Positions 27,540 to 32,000 of a DNA stretch of 32,000 nt are shown one piece after another. How positions within the stretch are numbered: position 1 is the stretch's first letter; each line of letters opens with the position of its first letter. Under the pieces are notes generated by a model. It had not been told where the DNA came from, searched no databases, and saw only the letters and a program-made list of their open reading frames with translations. The position numbers and the translations under genes are program-made. Source of the DNA: Candidatus Saganbacteria bacterium (GTDB taxonomy: Bacteria; Margulisbacteria; WOR-1; JAKLHX01); contig JAPLKZ010000005.1 in NCBI GenBank assembly GCA_026387835.1, positions 1-32,000 of the forward strand. Reading direction: 5' to 3'.

Positions 27540-28148
27540 CTATTCAGTTTTGATCCTTAGCGGAAAAATAGTTATTGTTTCCCTTGTGATGCCCATCATA
27601 TCGCCGGGAAAGGACTCATGTCCCATGCCGGGAGCGGCATCAGTGCTTATCGCAAATTTTTCCAGCGAAACCCTCCTGTTCCTGCCGTCCTCGGTCCAGC
27701 TGACCGACTTTGCGTTAAGAGCTTCCTCCAATTCCCGTCTCCAGTTCGGTTTCTGATGCATCAAGGATACGTGTTGCGTGACCGCTGTCAGCCCGAAAAA
27801 TTCCTGATTGCCGGTTTTTTTTGTGACCGGATTTATTCTGCTGACCGTGCTGTAATAGGTCCCATACTGCCTGAGATCTACCGTTTCCTCCAGGGCCTTT
27901 CTAAGCAGAGTTAAGACAGCACCTTTTTCGGACTTGCTGAGAGAACCATAGTTTTTTGAGCTTGAGGACGACCCCGAGCAGCCGCTCAATAACAGCGGCG
28001 AACAAATGATGAACAGTGCTACTGTCGCGATCTGCGATGAGACTGTTTCCTTTGCCTCCGGCCTGTCTACGGGTTTTGCCGCTGTCTGGCGCTGCTGCGA
28101 GACATTATAAGCGATCCCTCCTGATATCGATTGCACCGTATTTGTCAT
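27540..28148 (-). CDS. Putative lipoprotein with atypically long pre-lipobox N-terminus
   Basis: VSSQIATVALFIICSPLLLSGCSGSSSSS; the cysteine is about 57 residues from the called start. It overlaps the upstream gene by 4 nt. Confidence 0.55.
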   Translation of the reverse strand: MTNTVQSISGGIAYNVSQQRQTAAKPVDRPEAKETVSSQIATVALFIICSPLLLSGCSGSSSSSKNYGSLSKSEKGAVLTLLRKALEETVDLRQYGTYYSTVSRINPVTKKTGNQEFFGLTAVTQHVSLMHQKPNWRRELEEALNAKSVSWTEDGRNRRVSLEKFAISTDAAPGMGHESFPGDMMGITRETITIFPLRIKTE

Positions 28149-29113
28149 GATTTAGTCTCCTTACCAGCGGCTCCTGCGAGTTGTCTTTCGGCTTCCCTGA
28201 TTTTTAAAATCCTCTGTTCGCAACGCGCCTTTAGAGCAGGTGTAGCGTTTGACTGGCCATTTATTTGCTCGATAATATGAATACTATCGGCTACATTTAA
28301 CAGTCGTTCGAGAACATCTATATCCAGGAGGTAGCAAACTACTCTTGACTGCGCCCTCCGCACGCCGTCAATTGTCGCCTTAGCCCGCTCATTTTTTAGG
28401 GCGATAAGCAATAATATGTCATTTGATGTTTCTGGATGCGCAGCTATAAGGCCCATTGCTATGTCATCTTTGCAAATATTATAGATCCGCGTAATATCTG
28501 CTCCGGACAGTCCTGCACATAATCTTTTAAAAGCGTTGGAGTGGTCTTCCGGGGATTTTTCGATTATGCGCATCAATGTTCCCCTTCCGGCATTATCTGC
28601 AGAAGATAAGACTGCCAGCATGGGATCTCCGTCATTTAGGGACTCGACCATTTTCCGGATCTCACTATCAGCAATAAATGCTTTTATTGTTGCGAAAGCC
28701 GCCATTTTCCTTTGATGGTCTATCTGGCGATCCAGCATTACGGATACGCAAACATATTTCGGGACGATGCCGGCGGCAAGATAGGATGCGGCAATCTTAT
28801 TACAAGGCAATGACTGAAACGCTTGATCCCTTGTATTACTTTGTACGCTCATAAGCCTTTCAGTCGATATTGTTCCGGTCGTGATCCGCCTTATCAGCTG
28901 CAACAGGACATCATTTTGTGGAGCAAACGCTCCTGATCGCGCAACAAAATATTCCGATCTTGATAACCGGGCCAATGTCCAATTATTAATGAACGGGTCC
29001 GCCGCTTTGCTTATTTGTGATGAGAGCGGGTCGTGCACCCCCAAGAACCTTCCGTGGCCGAACATGAACTTTCCGAGCGTTGCGGTATGGCCGTATTTAC
29101 TGATCAGTAACAT
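28145..29113 (-). CDS. Helical-repeat paralog A (unknown function)
   Basis: SKYGHTATLGKFMFGHGRFLGVHDPLSS ... DPFINNWTLARLSRS ... LMRIIEKSPEDHSNAFKRLCAGLSGADI. Confidence 0.8.
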   Translation of the reverse strand: MLLISKYGHTATLGKFMFGHGRFLGVHDPLSSQISKAADPFINNWTLARLSRSEYFVARSGAFAPQNDVLLQLIRRITTGTISTERLMSVQSNTRDQAFQSLPCNKIAASYLAAGIVPKYVCVSVMLDRQIDHQRKMAAFATIKAFIADSEIRKMVESLNDGDPMLAVLSSADNAGRGTLMRIIEKSPEDHSNAFKRLCAGLSGADITRIYNICKDDIAMGLIAAHPETSNDILLLIALKNERAKATIDGVRRAQSRVVCYLLDIDVLERLLNVADSIHIIEQINGQSNATPALKARCEQRILKIREAERQLAGAAGKETKS

Positions 29114-29128
29114 GAATGATCCTCCTTT

Positions 29129-30025
29129 TTACTTTCCTTTTTCCGCTATTTTTCTGTTGCAACGCGCTATGAGATCGGCGCTTGCATTCGGCTGACTTTT
29201 TATTAACTCTAGAATGTAGATGTTATCGGCCACATTAAATAGCCGTTCAATAACGTCCCCTTCAAGATGATGGAAAAGTAATATTGCCTGTGCCCTATGC
29301 ACTCCTTCAATTGGCGCCTTAGCCCGTGGAAGTTTTAGGGCGATATCCAATAATACAGTTTGCGGAGTCTCGGGGTGCGCGGCTATGAGGCCCATCACTG
29401 CCTTGTCTTTACAAGTAGTATAGATCTGACTTATGTCTGCTCCGGACAGTCCCTCACTTAGTCTTTTAAAAGCGTTAGAATGGTCTTCCGGTGATTTTTC
29501 GATTATGCGCATCAATGCTTTCCTGTCGGCATTATCCGCAAAGGATAAGAGTGCCAGCATAGGGTCTCCGTCATTTAGGGACTCGACCACTGCCTGGATT
29601 TCACCAAAAGAAAGAGATGCTTTTACAGTGTTGAAAGCCATCACTCTACTTTGAAGGTCTATCCCGGGAAGCCGTATCATATGTATGCAAAACGCTTCAG
29701 GGATGATGCCGCCAGCAAAATAGACTTCAGCAATGGTGTTTAAATACACAAGCGCTTGGTTTCTTAGAACCTTTGGTATGCTCATGAGTTTTTCGACCGA
29801 TATTGTTCCTGATTCCATACGCCTTGCCAGCTGTTTGATAACTTTATTTTGCACATCCTGATCATCCGACATTGACAGCCGTCTCAACGTCCAATTATTG
29901 ATGAACGGGTCTTCCGCTTTTCTTACGTTTGATGAAAGCGGATTATGCACACCCAAGAACCTTCCGTGTCCGAACATGAACTTACCAAGCGTTGACTTAT
30001 AACCGTATCTGCTGACCGATAACAT
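29129..30025 (-). CDS. Helical-repeat paralog B (unknown function)
   Basis: SRYGYKSTLGKFMFGHGRFLGVHNPLSSNVRKAEDPFINNWTLRRLS ... LMRIIEKSPEDHSNAFKRLSEGLSGADI. Confidence 0.8.
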   Translation of the reverse strand: MLSVSRYGYKSTLGKFMFGHGRFLGVHNPLSSNVRKAEDPFINNWTLRRLSMSDDQDVQNKVIKQLARRMESGTISVEKLMSIPKVLRNQALVYLNTIAEVYFAGGIIPEAFCIHMIRLPGIDLQSRVMAFNTVKASLSFGEIQAVVESLNDGDPMLALLSFADNADRKALMRIIEKSPEDHSNAFKRLSEGLSGADISQIYTTCKDKAVMGLIAAHPETPQTVLLDIALKLPRAKAPIEGVHRAQAILLFHHLEGDVIERLFNVADNIYILELIKSQPNASADLIARCNRKIAEKGK

Positions 30026-30040
30026 AAATGATATTCCTTT

Positions 30041-30940
30041 TTACTTTCCTTTTTCCGCTATTCGTTTATCGCAACGCGCTTTGAGATCGGGACTCGCATT
30101 AGGCTGATCTTTTATTAACCCGAGAATATAAACACTATTGGCCGCGGCAAAAAGCTTTTCAAGGTTGACTTCCTGCACGTAATGGTAAGGCACTCTTGCC
30201 TGCGCCTTACGCATTCCTTCATCTGATGCTTTAGCCGGTTTATTTTTCAGGGCGATATCCCATAATATTGTAAGCGGAGTTTTGGGATGCGCGGCAATCT
30301 CGTCCATCACAAGAATGTCTTTGCAGATCCCAAAGATATAAGTTATATCTCCTTCGGATAATTTTCCACTTAACCTGTTAAAAGCGTTGGCGCAGTCTCT
30401 CGGGGATTTTTCGATTATTCGCATCAGTGTTTTTTTGCCGGCGAAATCCGCAAAGGATAAAAGCGCCAGCAAAGGGGATCCGCTGTCAAGGGACTCGACT
30501 ATTCCCAAGATCTCACTATCAGAAATTATTGATTTTATAGGATAGAAAGCCGCTTCTTTCCTTTGATGTTCTACCCGGGGATTCATCATTATAGATTTGC
30601 AGGCATCTTTAGGTACGATGCCGGCGGACAGATAGGGTTCGGCAATGGAAGTATCAGGCAAACTCATGAACGCCTGGTCCCTTATAGCTTTATGTACGGC
30701 CGTAAGCCTTTCAACGGATATTGTCCCGGACCCGATCCTCATCACAAGCTGATCCACAACTAAATTTCTCACGATCAGATCATCAGATCTTGATAACCGT
30801 CTCAACGTCCAATTATTGATGAACGGGTCTTCCGCTTTTCTTACGTTTGATGAAAGCGGATTATGCACACCCAAGAACCTTCCGTGTCCGAACATGAACT
30901 TACCAAGCGTTGCGGTATGGCCGTATTTACTGACCAACAT
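30041..30940 (-). CDS. Helical-repeat paralog C (unknown function)
   Basis: SKYGHTATLGKFMFGHGRFLGVHNPLSSNVRKAEDPFINNWTLRRLSRSDD ... LMRIIEKSPRDCANAFNRLSGKLSEGDI. Confidence 0.8.
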   Translation of the reverse strand: MLVSKYGHTATLGKFMFGHGRFLGVHNPLSSNVRKAEDPFINNWTLRRLSRSDDLIVRNLVVDQLVMRIGSGTISVERLTAVHKAIRDQAFMSLPDTSIAEPYLSAGIVPKDACKSIMMNPRVEHQRKEAAFYPIKSIISDSEILGIVESLDSGSPLLALLSFADFAGKKTLMRIIEKSPRDCANAFNRLSGKLSEGDITYIFGICKDILVMDEIAAHPKTPLTILWDIALKNKPAKASDEGMRKAQARVPYHYVQEVNLEKLFAAANSVYILGLIKDQPNASPDLKARCDKRIAEKGK

Positions 30941-31072
30941 AAGTGGTTCTCCTTTAATTCATTTATCTTGCAAATAGTTATCGGCATTATTTTATGTAAA
31001 TTTCACACATTTTTGATTTAGGATCCTATTTTGTTCGTGGGTGTAAATTGTGGTTTTGCTTTTATTAAAGCC

Positions 31073-31636
31073 TCAGATATTCAGGAAATTCCCCAGCAGT
31101 TTTTTACCATCCTTAGTGAGTATTGATTCCGGGTGGAACTGGACGCCTTCCACTTTGAATTCTTTATGACGTATCCCCATTATCTCGCCGTCTTTCGTCC
31201 AGGCGGATATCTCAAAACAGCCGGGAAGGCTTTCTTTTTCAACTATCAGGGAATGATATCTTGTCGCAGTGAAAGGATCGGGCAGGCCTTTGAAGATAGT
31301 TTTTCCGTCATGATGTATCTGCGAGGTCTTGCCGTGCATGAGGTTCACGGCGCGGACCACTTTCCCTCCAAGGGCTTCCGCTATGGACTGGTGGCCCAGG
31401 CAGACGCCGAGAATAGGGATTTTCCCAGCGAAATCCTTGACTACATCCATAGATATTCCGGCTTCTTTCGGGGTGCAGGGTCCCGGAGAGATAACGATCT
31501 TTTCGGGGGCAATATTTCTTATTTCATTTATCGTAATTTTGTCGTTGCGGTATACCCTCGTTTCGGCGCCGAGCTCGTTGAGATACTGCACGAGATTATA
31601 TGTGAACGAATCGTAATTATCTATCACGAGGAGCAT
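31073..31636 (-). CDS. pabA/trpG: Anthranilate / aminodeoxychorismate synthase glutamine amidotransferase component
   Basis: [55 protein letters not shown]. Confidence 0.94.
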   Translation of the reverse strand: MLLVIDNYDSFTYNLVQYLNELGAETRVYRNDKITINEIRNIAPEKIVISPGPCTPKEAGISMDVVKDFAGKIPILGVCLGHQSIAEALGGKVVRAVNLMHGKTSQIHHDGKTIFKGLPDPFTATRYHSLIVEKESLPGCFEISAWTKDGEIMGIRHKEFKVEGVQFHPESILTKDGKKLLGNFLNI

Positions 31637-32000
31637 AAATCCTCACCCCGCCTCGCCCCGCCTTTGGCGGGGACCCGGCACCCCTCTCCACTTCGTGGAG
31701 AGGGGAAAGCAAACTGTTTAAGCTTTTTAAGAACGCTGTTAATATCGGAGATCACCTCATCATTATTAAAACGCAAAATATTTATTCCCTTATTTTCAAT
31801 GATATTTTGTCTTGCCAGATCATATTCCTTTAAATTATGATGAATATTGCCGTCGATTTCAATCCCCAGCCTGATCTCAGGACAAAAAAAGTCCAAAATG
31901 AAACCATCCAAAGGGACTTGACGTCTGAATTTAAGCCCGCAAAGCCCGCGGTTACTCAGATATTTCCATAGAAGGATTTCTGCTCGCGTGGAACTCTTCC
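31624..32000 (-). CDS. DUF559-family (VSR-like nuclease fold) protein, 5' end outside the window
   Basis: The frame is open to 32000: [48 protein letters not shown]. Confidence 0.85.
   Translation of the reverse strand, partial: KSSTRAEILLWKYLSNRGLCGLKFRRQVPLDGFILDFFCPEIRLGIEIDGNIHHNLKEYDLARQNIIENKGINILRFNNDEVISDINSVLKKLKQFAFPSPRSGEGCRVPAKGGARRGEDLCSS
31656..31705. repeat. Two adjacent palindromic hairpins at the 3' end of the DUF559 ORF
   Basis: ccccgcc-ttt-ggcgggg (31656-31672) and cccctctccac-ttc-gtggagagggg (31681-31705). Confidence 0.85.

Noticed and set aside
1-32000. CRISPR arrays, complete IS elements, toxin-antitoxin or restriction systems
   Set aside because: No regularly spaced short repeats, no transposase ORF, no cas/REase/MTase pair seen. 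Fic and DUF559 can occur in conflict systems, but neither has a recognisable antitoxin or partner here.

Overview
The window is mostly ordinary bacterial chromosome. It contains a partial DnaJ-like gene, Fic, an envelope/secreted operon, miaB, prs, hom, a patatin-like hydrolase, pyrD-pyrK, a lipid-kinase-like fusion, a methyltransferase, three tRNAs (Gly, Cys, Val), slipin, a COG2509-like flavoprotein, a two-component cluster, an ABC-F ATPase, a uronate-isomerase-like protein, three tandem paralogs of unknown function, a pabA/trpG-type amidotransferase and a DUF559 gene at the right edge. No CRISPR array, intact transposon or recognisable defence system is visible. The observations most worth follow-up are: (1) a fic gene followed by a second copy of the DnaJ 3' end; (2) a single-ORF fusion of a diacylglycerol-kinase-like domain to a DUF4239/bestrophin-like membrane domain; (3) a strongly structured element downstream of tRNA-Val, bounded by an 18-bp copy of the tRNA 3' end, with a decayed tyrosine-recombinase fragment nearby and another tRNA-end-like sequence at 22087; (4) an operon of three mosaic tandem paralogs (28145-30940) plus a lipoprotein-like ORF. 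Function and novelty statements are inference from sequence reading only; no database searches were run.
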